Below are positions 20,722 to 33,111 of a DNA stretch of 64,000 nucleotides, in pieces. The stretch's first letter is position 1. Each line of letters opens with the position of its first letter. Below the pieces are notes generated by a model. It was given only the letters and a program-made list of their open reading frames with translations. It searched no databases and was not told the DNA's origin. This DNA comes from Macrostomum hystrix (taxonomy: Eukaryota > Animalia > Platyhelminthes): positions 14,880,001 through 14,944,000 of the forward strand of contig CATNEN010000001.1 in NCBI GenBank assembly GCA_950097015.1, in the 5' to 3' direction. Made by a program: the position numbers and the translations under genes.

Positions 20722-22590
20722 ATGAGCCAGCAGCAGAAGCAACAAGAATCATCCGGCTCGCAAACTGTTACAGTTGATGCTCAGCCGCGCGAGGAAACTG
20801 TCACCCTACATTTGATTGATAATTCGGAGCAGAATGTCAGACAGGTAAGCATGGAAACTGTACTTTGCCTCCTTGCTACTAACCAGTGCTTGTTTCATGA
20901 ACATGCACATTTTGATGTACTCAGCTACTTCTTCAGAATGTCAATTTAGGGCCTGTTTAGCTAATACCTTTTCAGACGTTAGTTTTCAGACGTTACTCCG
21001 GGTACCTAAGTTCTTCTGGTACTTATTCTACCTATTCTTCAGGTAACCTTCATCCAGGTACTTTCTGAAAACAATGATTAAAGTAATTTTTCATACAATC
21101 CTTCAGGTACTTCTTAAAAAGATTCTTCTAGTATCTCTTTGAACAATCCTTTAGGTACTTTCTTGAAACGATCCTTCAGTTAGATACTTGTTTAATCATT
21201 CCGGTAGTTTATCTGACAATCATTCAGGTACTTTTTCGGACAATCCTTCAGGTACATCTTCTGACAATCATTGAGGTACATCTTCTGACAATCATTCAGG
21301 TACATCTTCTGACAATCCTTCAGGTACATCTTCTGACAATCATTCAGGTAAATCTTCTGATAATCATTCAGGTACATCTTCTGACAATCCTTCAGGTACA
21401 TCCTCTGACAATCCTTCAGGTGCAGCTTCTGACAATCCATCAGGTAAATCTTCTGATAATCATTCAGGTACATCTTCTGACAATCCTTCAGGTACATCCT
21501 CTGACAATCCTTCAGGTGCAGCTTCTGACAATCCATCAGTTACATCTTCTGACAATCCTTCAGGTACATCCTCTGACAATCCTTCAGGTACATCTTCTGA
21601 CAATCCTTCAAGTACATCCTCTGACAATCCTTCAGGTACATCTTCTGACAATCCTTCAGGTACATCTTCTGACAATCCTTCGGTACATCTTCTGACAATC
21701 ATTCAGGTAAATCTTCTGACAATCCTTCGGTACATCTTCTGACAATTCTTCAGGTACATCTTCTGACAATCCTTCAGGTACATCTTCTGACAATCATTCA
21801 GGTACATCTTCTGACAATCATTCAGGTACATCTTCTGACAATCCTTCGGTACATCTTCTGACAATCATTCAGGTAAATCTTCTGACAATCCTTCGGTACA
21901 TCTTCTGACAATTCTTCAGGTACATCTTCTGACAATCATTCAGGTACATCTTCTGACAATCCTTCAGGTACATCTTCTGACAATCCTTCGGTACATCTTC
22001 TGACAATCCTTCAGGTACATCTTCTGACAATCCTTCAGGTACATCTTATGACAATCCTTCGGTACATCTTCTGACAATCCTTCAGGTACATCTTCTGACA
22101 ATCCTTCAGGTACATCTTATGACAATCCTTCGGTACATCTTCTGACAATCCTTCGGTACATCTTCTGACAATCCTTCGGTACATCTTCTGACAATCCTTC
22201 GGTACATCTTCTGACAATTATTCAGGTTCATCTTCCATCTTCAGAGTGATAAATGAATTTGTTGTTGGTCATTGATGTTATAAAAGTGGACGTGTTTAAG
22301 TTTCACATTTTCCTTTCATCATTTGAATGTGTTACACTGCGCATTGGTCTAAATTAGGCAGCGGTATGAAAGCGTCGCTTGTTACATTCCACACGCAGGT
22401 GCAATTCGCACAGGGCACAGTCGACAACGAAGAGCTCGGCAAGAAGAAGTCCAAATGCTGCTGCGTCTACAAGAAGCCTAGGAAATTTGATCCGGATAAT
22501 CCTGACCAATCAGATAGCGGAGAGGAGGATGCGCACGGCTGCACAATGCACTGCCAGGGACACACTGATAAGTCCTATCATAGAGATTGA
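20722..22590 (+). CDS. PPP1R11: Protein phosphatase 1 regulatory subunit 11 (inhibitor-3/Ypi1), 104 aa
   Basis: Exons 20722-20844 and 22399-22590 (GT-AG, phase 0). RQ|VQF is the RVxF motif, followed by TVDNEELGKKKSKCCCVYKKP. Confidence 0.92.
21215..22230. repeat. 24 bp intronic minisatellite (ttcaggtacatcttctgacaatcc), ~40 copies
   Basis: Tandem array inside the PPP1R11 intron. Confidence 0.97.
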
Positions 22591-22665
22591 CATGCGCACC
22601 CTGTGCTGTCTGTTAGTGTGTTACCGATGACTTTCTTACATGCTTGATAGCCTGTGCTTCGATCG

Positions 22666-24189
22666 AGTACAGTTTGAGTGTGTCTGTATCAGGGGTGTAC
22701 ACAGCTGTAGTCCAGTACAGTTTGAGTGTGTCTGTATCAGGGGTGTACACAGCTGTAGTCCAGTACAGTTTGAGTGTGTCTGTATCAGGGGTGTACACAG
22801 CTGTAGTCCAGTACAGTTTGAGTGTGTCTGAATCAGGGGTGTACACAGCTGTAGTCCAGTACAGTTTGAGTGTGTCTGTATCAGGGGGTGTACGCAGCCG
22901 TAGTCCAGTACAGTTTGAGTGCGTCTGTATCAGGGGTGTACACAGCTGTAGTCCAGTACAGTTTGAGTGCGTCTGTATCAGGGGTGTACACAGCTGTAGT
23001 CCAGTACAGTTTGAGTGCGTCTGTATCAGGGGTGTACACAGCTGTAGTCCAGTACAGTTTGAGTGCGTCTGTATCAGGGGTGTACACAGCTGTAGTCCAG
23101 TACAGTTTGAGTGCGTCTGTATCAGGGGTGTACACAGCTGTAGTCCATTACAGTTTGAGTGCGTCTGTATCAGGGGTGTACACAGCTGTAGTCCAGTACA
23201 GTTTGAGTGCGTCTGTATCAGGGGTGTACACAGCTGTAGTCCAGTACAGTTTGAGTGCGTCTGTATCAGGGGTGTACACAGCTGTAGTCCAGTACAGTTT
23301 GAGTGCGTCTGTATCAGGGGTGTACACAGCTGTAGTCCAGTACAGTTTGAGTGCGTCTGTATCAGGGGTGTACACAGCTGTAGTCCAGTACAGTTTGAGT
23401 GTGTCTGTATCAGGGGTGTACACAGCTGTAGTCCAGTACAGTTTGAGTGTCTGTATCAGGGGTGTACACAGCTGTAGTCCAGTACAGTTTGAGTGTGTCT
23501 GTATCAGGGGTGTACACAGCTGTAGTCCAGTACAGTTTGAGTGCGTCTGTATCAGGGGTGTACACAGCTGTAGTCCAGTACAGTTTGAGTGCGTCTGTAT
23601 CAGGGGTGTACACAGCTGTAGTCCAGTACAGTTTGAGTGCGTCTGTATCAGGGGTGTACACAGCTGTAGTCCATTACAGTTTGAGTGCGTCTGTATCAGG
23701 GGTGTACACAGCTGTAGTCCAGTACAGTTTGAGTGCGTCTGTATCAGGGGTGTACACAGCTGTAGTCCAGTACAGTTTGAGTGCGTCTGTATCAGGGGTG
23801 TACACAGCTGTAGTCCAGTACAGTTTGAGTGCGTCTGTATCAGGGGTGTACACAGCTGTAGTCCAGTACAGTTTGAGTGTGTCTGTATCAGGGGTGTACA
23901 CAGCTGTAGTCCAGTACAGTTTGAGTGTCTGTATCAGGGGTGTACACAGCTGTAGTCCAGTACAGTTTGAGTGTCTGTATCAGGGGTGTACACAGCTGTA
24001 GTCCAGTACAGTTTGAGTGTGTCTGTATCAGGGGTGTACACAGCTGTAGTCCAGTACAGTTTGAGTGTGTCTGTATCAGGGGTGTACACAGCTGTAGTCC
24101 AGTACAGTTTGAGTGTGTCTGAATCAGGGGTGTACACAGCTGTAGTCCAGTACAGTTTGAGTGTGTCTGTATCAGGGGTGTACACAGCC
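22666..24189. repeat. 48 bp minisatellite (agtacagtttgagtgYgtctgtatcaggggtgtacacagctgtagtcc), ~32 copies
   Basis: Starts ~76 bp after the PPP1R11 stop codon. Confidence 0.98.
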
Positions 24190-24520
24190 GTAATCTGTTA
24201 CGGAATTGGTTGCGCCTCTATCCTATAATACTTGCACTTTCGTCATAAAGATTTCAAAATGGTGTTTACATGCGTATCCGATTTTAATGGAAAATTTTTA
24301 GCACTTCAACATATTTAGATTATTTTTTGTTTCTTGTGTTGGTCATCACCATTGTCTAAAATCCAAGTGTAAATTAGTGTTTTATATATGTTAAAATAAT
24401 TTCAAGTCGTTGGTTATGAAAGTAAAAAGTTTTAATTAGCTTTTTGCAGCAACAGCCTTTTATAATTGATTAATTTATGCCGAAGTAATTTAATAATGCT
24501 AAAGCGATTCTTGCACTATT

Positions 24521-27400
24521 CATTACCCTCATCCTACAGCATTCAGCAGTGACATTACCCTCATCCTACAGCATTCAGCAGTGACATTACCCTCATCCTA
24601 CAGCATTCAGCAGTGACATTACCCTCATCCTACAGCATTCAGCAGTGACATTACCCTCATCCTACAGCATTCAGCAGTGACATTACCCTCATCCTACAGC
24701 ATTCAGCAGTGACATTACCCTCATCCTACAGCATTCAGCAGTGACATTACCCTCATCCTACAGCATTCAGCAGTGACATTACCCTCATCCTACAGCATTC
24801 AGCAGTGACATTACCCTCATCCTACAGCATTCAGCAGTGACATTACCCTCATCCTACAGCATTCAGCAGTGACATTACCCTCATCCTACAGCATTCAGCA
24901 GTGACATTACCCTCATCCTACAGCATTCAGCAGTGACATTACCCTCATCCTACAGCATTCAGCAGTGACATTACCCTCATCCTACAGCATTCAGCAGTGA
25001 CATTACCCTCATCCTACAGCATTCAGCAGTGACATTACCCTCATCCTACAGCATTCAGCAGTGACATTACCCTCATCCTACAGCATTCAGCAGTGACATT
25101 ACCCTCATCCTACAGCATTCAGCAGTGACATTACCCTCATCCTACAGCATTCAGCAGTGACATTACCCTCATCCTACAGCATTCAGCAGTGACATTACCC
25201 TCATCCTACAGCATTCAGCAGTGACATTACCCTCATCCTACAGCATTCAGCAGTGACATTACCCTCATCCTACAGCATTCAGCAGTGACATTACCCTCAT
25301 CCTACAGCATTCAGCAGTGACATTACCCTCATCCTACAGCATTCAGCAGTGACATTACCCTCATCCTACAGCATTCAGCAGTGACATTACCCTCATCATA
25401 CAGCATTCAGCAGTGACATTACCCTCATCCTACAGCATTCAGCAGTGACATTACCCTCATCCTACAGCATTCAGCAGTGACATTACCCTCATCCTACAGC
25501 ATTCAGCAGTGACATTACCCTCATCCTACAGCATTCAGCAGTGACATTACCCTCATCCTACAGCATTCAGCAGTGACATTACCCTCATCCTACAGCATTC
25601 AGCAGTGACATTACCCTCATCCTACAGCATTCAGCAGTGACATTACCCTCATCCTACAGCATTCAGCAGTGACATTACCCTCATCCTACAGCATTCAGCA
25701 GTGACATTACCCTCATCCTACAGCATTCAGCAGTGACATCACCCTCATCCTACAGCATTCAGCAGTGACATTACCCTCATCATACAGCATTCAGCAGTGA
25801 CATTACCCTCATCCTACAGCATTCAGCAGTGACATTACCCTCATCCTACAGCATTCAGCAGTGACATTACCCTCATCCTACAGCATTCAGCAGTGACATT
25901 ACCCTCATCCTACAGCATTCAGCAGTGACATTACCCTCATCCTACAGCATTCAGCAGTGACATTACCCTCATCCTACAGCATTCAGCAGTGACATTACCC
26001 TCATCCTACAGCATTCAGCAGTGACATTACCCTCATCCTACAGCATTCAGCAGTGACATTACCCTCATCCTACAGCATTCAGCAGTGACATTACCCTCAT
26101 CCTACAGCATTCAGCAGTGACATTACCCTCATCCTACAGCATTCAGCAGTGACATTACCCTCATCCTACAGCATTCAGCAGTGACATTACCCTCATCCTA
26201 CAGCATTCAGCAGTGACATTACCCTCATCCTACAGCATTCAGCAGTGACATTACCCTCATCCTACAGCATTCAGCAGTGACATTACCCTCATCCTACAGC
26301 ATTCAGCAGTGACATTACCCTCATCCTACAGCATTCAGCAGTGACATTACCCTCATCCTACAGCATTCAGCAGTGACATTACCCTCATCCTACAGCATTC
26401 AGCAGTGACATTACCCTCATCCTACAGCATTCAGCAGTGACATTACCCTCATCCTACAGCATTCAGCAGTGACATTACCCTCATCCTACAGCATTCAGCA
26501 GTGACATTACCCTCATCCTACAGCATTCAGCAGTGACATTACCCTCATCCTACAGCATTCAGCAGTGACATTACCCTCATCCTACAGCATTCAGCAGTGA
26601 CATTACCCTCATCCTACAGCATTCAGCAGTGACATTACCCTCATCCTACAGCATTCAGCAGTGACATTACCCTCATCCTACAGCATTCAGCAGTGACATT
26701 ACCCTCATCCTACAGCATTCAGCAGTGACATTACCCTCATCCTACAGCATTCAGCAGTGACATTACCCTCATCCTACAGCATTCAGCAGTGACATTACCC
26801 TCATCCTACAGCATTCAGCAGTGACATTACCCTCATCCTACAGCATTCAGCAGTGACATTACCCTCATCCTACAGCATTCAGCAGTGACATTACCCTCAT
26901 CCTACAGCATTCAGCAGTGACATTACCCTCATCCTACAGCATTCAGCAGTGACATTACCCTCATCCTACAGCATTCAGCAGTGACATTACCCTCATCCTA
27001 CAGCATTCAGCAGTGACATTACCCTCATCCTACAGCATTCAGCAGTGACATTACCCTCATCCTACAGCATTCAGCAGTGACATTACCCTCATCCTACAGC
27101 ATTCAGCAGTGACATTACCCTCATCCTTCAGCATTCAGCAGTGACATTACCCTCATCCTACAGCATTCAGCAGTGACATTACCCTCATCCTACAGCATTC
27201 AGCAGTGACATTACCCTCATCCTTCAACATTCAGCAGTGGCATTACCCTCATCCTACAGCATTCAGCAGTGACATTACCCTCATCCTTCAGCATTCAGCA
27301 GTGACATTACCCTCATCCTTCAGCATTCAGCAGTGGCATTACCCTCATCCTTCAGCATTCAGCAGTGACATAACCCTCACTCTACAGTGACATTACCACC
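24521..27400. repeat. 32 bp near-perfect minisatellite (cattaccctcatcctacagcattcagcagtga), ~90 copies
   Basis: Ends ~10 bp before the tttcag acceptor upstream of the RPB8 ATG. Confidence 0.99.
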
Positions 27401-27426
27401 CAATATTTCAGCCCATCTTTTAAGCC

Positions 27427-27882
27427 ATGGCCGGCACCATATTCGAAGACATATTCGATGTAAAGAATGTGGAGAAGAAATTCGATCGAGTATCCCGCCT
27501 GTTCTGCGAATCGGAGTCCTTCAAAATGGATCTAATCCTAGACGTGAACACAATGATCTATCCGGTGAAGCTAGCTGAAAAATTTCGTTTAGTAATCGCG
27601 TCTAGTCTGCGCGAGGACGGCTTAGCCGACGACGGCGAATTCGATGCCCTGATGTGGCAGGACGGCGGTGGCGGCATGAATCGCAGCAGGGCCGATCAGT
27701 TTGATTACGTCATGTACGGCAAGGTTTATCGATTGGATGGCCAGGGTGACTCGGATAGCAGATTAGCGGCCTATGTTAGCTTTGGCGGCTTGCTAATGCG
27801 GCTAATGGGCGAGGCTAGCAACTTGAATAGCTTCCAGATTGATTCGCATGTCTATCTGCTCATGAAGAAGCTGGCGTTTTAG
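27427..27882 (+). CDS. POLR2H: RNA polymerases I/II/III subunit RPABC3 (RPB8), intronless CDS
   Basis: [75 protein letters not shown]. Confidence 0.98.
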   Translation: MAGTIFEDIFDVKNVEKKFDRVSRLFCESESFKMDLILDVNTMIYPVKLAEKFRLVIASSLREDGLADDGEFDALMWQDGGGGMNRSRADQFDYVMYGKVYRLDGQGDSDSRLAAYVSFGGLLMRLMGEASNLNSFQIDSHVYLLMKKLAF

Positions 27883-28002
27883 TAGGCCTTCCAATTCATG
27901 TAGAAACAACTAAACATTTTAACGTGTGTGTTTACTCATAAGTCTCGTTCATATTTTTTGTATTATCATAATGTAATTCTAAACTTTCAGTTTCAACAAT
28001 TT

Positions 28003-28610
28003 TGAGAGGGTGAGATCTCATCCTCTGATAGTGGGATTCCTAGATTCTCATCTTCTGAGCGTGGGATTCCTAGATTCTCATCTTCTGAGGGTGGGATTCC
28101 TAGATTATCATCTTCTGAGGGTGGGATTCCTAGATTCTCATCTTCTGACGGTGGGATTCCTAGATTCTCATCTTCTGAGGGTGGGATTCCTAGATTATCA
28201 TCTTCTGAGGGTGGGATTCCTAGATTCTCATCTTCTGAGGGTGGGATTCCTAGATTCTCCTATTCTGAGGGTGAGATTCCTAGATTCTCATCTTCTGATG
28301 GTGGGATTCCTAGATTATCATCTTCTGAGGGTGGGATTCCTAGATTCTCATCTTCTGATGGTGGGATTCCTAGATTATCATCTTCTGAGGGTGGGATTCC
28401 TAGATTCTCATCTTCTGATGGTGGGATTCCTAGATTATCATCTTCTGAGGGTGGGATTCCTAGATTATCATCTTCTGAGGGTGGGATTCCTAGATTCTCA
28501 TCTTCTGAGGGTGGGATTCCTAGATTCTCATCTTCTGATGGTGGGATTCCTAGATTATCATCTTCTGATGGTGAGATTCCTAGATTCTCATCTTCTGAGG
28601 GTGAGATTCT
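28003..28610. repeat. 30 bp minisatellite (gagggtgggattcctagattctcatcttct), ~20 copies
   Basis: Tandem array ~120 bp downstream of the RPB8 stop codon. Confidence 0.97.
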
Positions 28611-29568
28611 CAAGATTTACAAGTCCTTGTTGCTTAGGTTTGAATAAATAACAATTCAATAGTAAAGGTCAGATATATTACTGAGTCAAATTATATTTTT
28701 CCTGTAATATTAAAAGCACATTAGACGAGTTGTTCTACCGTTTTAGTCAGCTTCAATTAAATCAGAATTGATAACTTTGGCCAATGCATATATTTATATA
28801 AGTAAGTGTGCATTTAACTTCTTGCTTCTGACTAAAGTGTTAAATAAATACACTAGTAAGAAATAAGGAAAATGTTGTTTTATCGCTGTTAAATTGTTGT
28901 TTGACTCGTTGTTTTTCTGGCCTTCTAACTTCAGTCTATCGTACGAAAAAATCGTACAATTATTATCAATGCTGTTTCAGAGGTTGTTTCAGAGAAGAAA
29001 ACGGAAGAGTTTGGTAGTTTTTGAGGATTTTCGTGTCAATTGGTTAATAATTTTAGGACGTACAGAAAAACTTAGTATGTAAGTATTTGAACTACTGTTA
29101 CAAGGAGGAACATTTAACTACCAGATTTGGCTGTTTAACTGTTTAAACTGGAGCTCTAATTGAATTCAACGTGTGTGTTGGGGCCGTGTTGGCTTTCTAA
29201 GAAAGTAGCGAAAAAAAAGAAATTGTTTAGTTTGGCTCTGTGCTTTAGAAACAGTTTGGTACAATACACTGACCCAAACCCATTCCTAACTGATTAGCAT
29301 ATTTATTTAGTTGGCTTAATATTTATGTAGTCATGCTAATTAGAATTACATTTCTCACCCCTCTTTGCTTGTCAGGTAGAGCAACATTCTGAGCTCTATT
29401 CTCAATTTATAGCAATTTTTATTTCATTTGTAGGATTGGCCTTGTTAAATAGATAACAGTTTTGTTGATGTGCTGTGTGTGTAAGTGCTTTTTGTATTAC
29501 TATAGATTCTGAAATGTCCAAATTTAGTTTTTCATACATTGTATGTGTCTGTCTGTCTCTCTCTATAC

Positions 29569-30307
29569 CAGGGGTCGGCAAACTCCGGCCCGCGGGCCAG
29601 ATGCGGCCCTCGAAGCTCCCAAATCCGGCCCGTTGCCCCTTCTGACATCTACAGTGTCCTGTTTCATCTCTCTCGTGTCTAATCTCTCCCGTGTCTAATC
29701 TCTCCCGTGTCTAATCTCTCCTGTGTCTAATCTCTCCCGTGTCTAATCTCTCCCGTGTCTAATCTCTCCCGTGTCTAATCTCTCCCGTGTCTAATCTCTC
29801 CCGTGTCTAATCTCTCCCGTGTCTAATCTCTCCCGTGTCTAATCTCTCCTGTGTCTAATCTCTCCCGTGTCTAATTTCTCCCGTGTCTAATCTCTCCCGT
29901 GTCTAATTTCTCCCGTGTCTAATCTCTCCCGTGTCTCATCTCTCCCGTGTCTCATCTCTCTCGTGTCCCATCTTTCCTGTGTCTCATCTCTCCCGTGTCT
30001 CATCTCTCCCGTGTCTCATCTCTCTCGTGTCCCATCTTTCCTGTGTCTCATCTCTCCCGTGTCTCATCTCTCCCGTGTCTCATCTCTCTCGTGTCCCATC
30101 TTTCCTGTGTCTCATCTCTCCCGTGTCTCATCTCTCCCGTGTCTCATCTCTCCCGTGTCTCATCTCTCTCGTGTCCCATCTTTCCTGTGTCTCATCTCTG
30201 CCGTGTCTCATCTCTCCCCTATCTCATATTTATACAGTCAATGCGGCCCGCTGTCGTCTTTTAGGCTCTCTCTTTGGCCCGCCAGCAAATAAGTTTGCCT
30301 ACCCCTG
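29569..30307. mobile_element. hAT (Charlie-like) MITE containing a 16 bp minisatellite
   Basis: TIR CAGGGGTCGGCAAAC / GTTTGCCTACCCCTG; subterminal cggcccgcgggcc; perfect TSD ctctatac. Internal (gtgtctMatctctccc)n at ~29660-30215. Confidence 0.93.
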
Positions 30308-30436
30308 CTCTATACCCTCATTGGTTAGCTAGCATTCTATATAACAGCAATTATTGTTCTCTATCTGTGTTTCAGACCTCATCCGTTCAAACAACAAGCC
30401 AAGCTTGCTCACACTAAGAAAGCGTTCCAAAAAATC

Positions 30437-33070
30437 ATGCCAGGATTTCGTTTGAAATTTCAACGCAAGCATCGATATGACATATCGGCTAAAGGCTATT
30501 TTATTGTGTCTGTAACACTATTGGATGGCACAACTATTGATCAGACAGTCACCTCTGAGACTTGCGGCAAAGATTGCATCAACTTTGTGGCACAGAAAAT
30601 TGGCATCAGAGACGTCAACTATTTCGGCTTGCAGTACCAATCAGCCAAGGGTCAGCGTTGGATTAATCTTGTCAAGCCGGTTAAACGACAGCTAGATAAA
30701 TATGCTGTGGATCATTCACTGCGATTCGGTGTCATGTTCTTTGTCGAAGATCCCTACGCCATTGTGGACGATGTGGCCAGGTGAGCTCTGGTTCTTCAGG
30801 GTCTGTCAGATCCTCAGATTGGTCAGATACACCATTCTGTCAGATCCTCAGATTGGTCAGACACACCATTCTGTCAGATCCTCAGATTGGTCAGACACAC
30901 CATTCTGTCAGATCCTCAGATTGGTCAGACACACCATTCTGTCAGATCCTCAGATTGGTCAGACACACCATTCTGTCAGATCCTCAGATTGGTCAGACAC
31001 ACCATTCTGTCAGATCCTCAGATTGGTCAGATACACCATTCTGTCAGATCCTCAGATTGGTCAGATACACCATTCTGTCAGATCCTCAGATTGGTCAGAT
31101 ACACCATTCTGTCAGATCCTCAGATTAGTCAGATACACCATTCTGTCAGATCCTCAGATTGGTCAGATACACCATTCTGTCAGATCCCCAGATTAGTCAG
31201 ATACACCATTCTGTCAGGTCCTCAGATTGGTCAGATACACCATTCTGTCAGATCCTCAGATTAGTCAGATACACCATTCTGTCAGGTCCTCAGATTGGTC
31301 AGACACATCTGTCAGATCCCCAGATTTTCTATCAGATCCCCAGACTATCTGTCAGATCCCCAGATTATCTGTCGGATCCCCAGATTATCTGTCAGATCCC
31401 CAGATTATCTGTCAGATTCCCAGATTATCTGTCAGATCCCCAGATTATCTGTCGGATCCCCAGATTATCTGTCAGATCCCCAGATTATCTGTCAGATTCC
31501 CAGATTATCTGTCAGATCCCCAGATTATCTGTCAGATCTCCAGACTGGTCAGACACATATCTGTCAGATATGAAAAAATCCTTTCTTATTTAGTTTAACC
31601 CCTAACCAATCCATCCTCCTCGAACAGGGAACTGTACTACCTGCAGCTTCGCTACAATCTGCTCAGCGGCCTCATTCCGTGCTCATTGTCACGAGCCATC
31701 ACTCTGGCAGCTTACGGCTTCCAGGTGGATTTCGGCGATTGCAGCCAGGCAAATTTGTCATTCGACTACCTGCTTGATTATCGGCACATCTCTAACGACC
31801 TGATGCCTGTGAATGACTCAGACTACAAGAACATTGTTGAAGAGATACTCAAGCAGTACCAGATGTTGGAAGGCACCGATTGCAAGATGGCGCAGTGCGT
31901 CTACATTGAACTCATTCAGAAGAATACACCCCATTTTGGTGTTGCCTACTTTCCCGCTAAGGTGAGTATGAACTTTTGTAGCTTTCAGATTCAGGTAGCA
32001 TTTCAGATACCTTCAGGTAGCATTTCAGGTACCTTCAGGTAGCATTTCAGGTACCTTCAGGTAGCATTTCAGGTACCTTCAGGTAGCATTTCAGGTACCT
32101 TCAGGTAGCATTTCAGATACCTTCAGGTAGCATTTCCGATACCTTCAGGTAGCATTTCAGATACCTTCAGGTAGCATATTAGATACCTTCAGGTAGCATT
32201 TCAGATACCTTCAGGTACCTTCAGGTAGCATTTCCGATACCTTCAGATAGCATTTCAGATACCTTCAGGTAGCATATTAGATACCTTCAGGTAGCATTTC
32301 CGATACCTTCAGATAGCATTCCTGATACCCCTAAATTTTTCAGGTAATTGTTTAGATTCCTCCCCGCATAATTCCCAAAATATTTCCCTTATCCCAACCC
32401 AGACCCGCAAAGGCCAGGACGTGAAGCTGGGTCTATCTCAGCGCGGTGTTCGACTATTCGGCAATGCGGATATGGGCGAAGTTCAACTGCGCTGGTCCGA
32501 CATCGCCAGCTTCCAAGCCGCCGGCCGGACCTTCTCCATCACCCGGACTGTCGGCGGCAGCGGCGGCAATCTTCAACTCCGTCTGGACGATGCGGAAACT
32601 GGGAAATACGTGCTGCAGTACTGCGCCCAGCTGCATGCATTCTACATCAGCTACTGCGCCAGGGTGGTCACTCCACAGCTGCCGCATCAGCTGCCGATTG
32701 CAGCCACTCCTGCCTCTGTTCCACCGGCCGTTGCGACTGCTAACGCGGCGCCTGTCGGCACCTCTGCGGTCACCCCTGGCGAGCTGCGTTCTCCAAAGTC
32801 TGCCCACACCCCAGCCTCGGCCGCAGCCGCCGCTGTCACTTTCGCGTCGGACACCTCCTTGACGTCTTATAGTCACAGCAATAGCAATAATAATGTTAGC
32901 AATAATAATAATAAGCTTAGGCAGCAGCAGCAGCAGCAGAGTGTTAGCAATGGAAACAATGGAAATGTAGAATTCTTGCCTTGGGAGCAGCAGCAGCAGC
33001 AGAAGCCGATGCACATTCGCCTGCCTTCATACAGGAAGGCATCAGATTATGCGGCTCTAATTCGTCAGAG

Positions 33071-33111
<41 letters not shown>

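Noticed and set aside
22613-24228. Long repetitive ORFs (also 28010, 29915, 30702, 49998-51548, 52891, 62300)
   Set aside because: Translations of stop-free minisatellites lying in introns or spacers defined by flanking splice sites.
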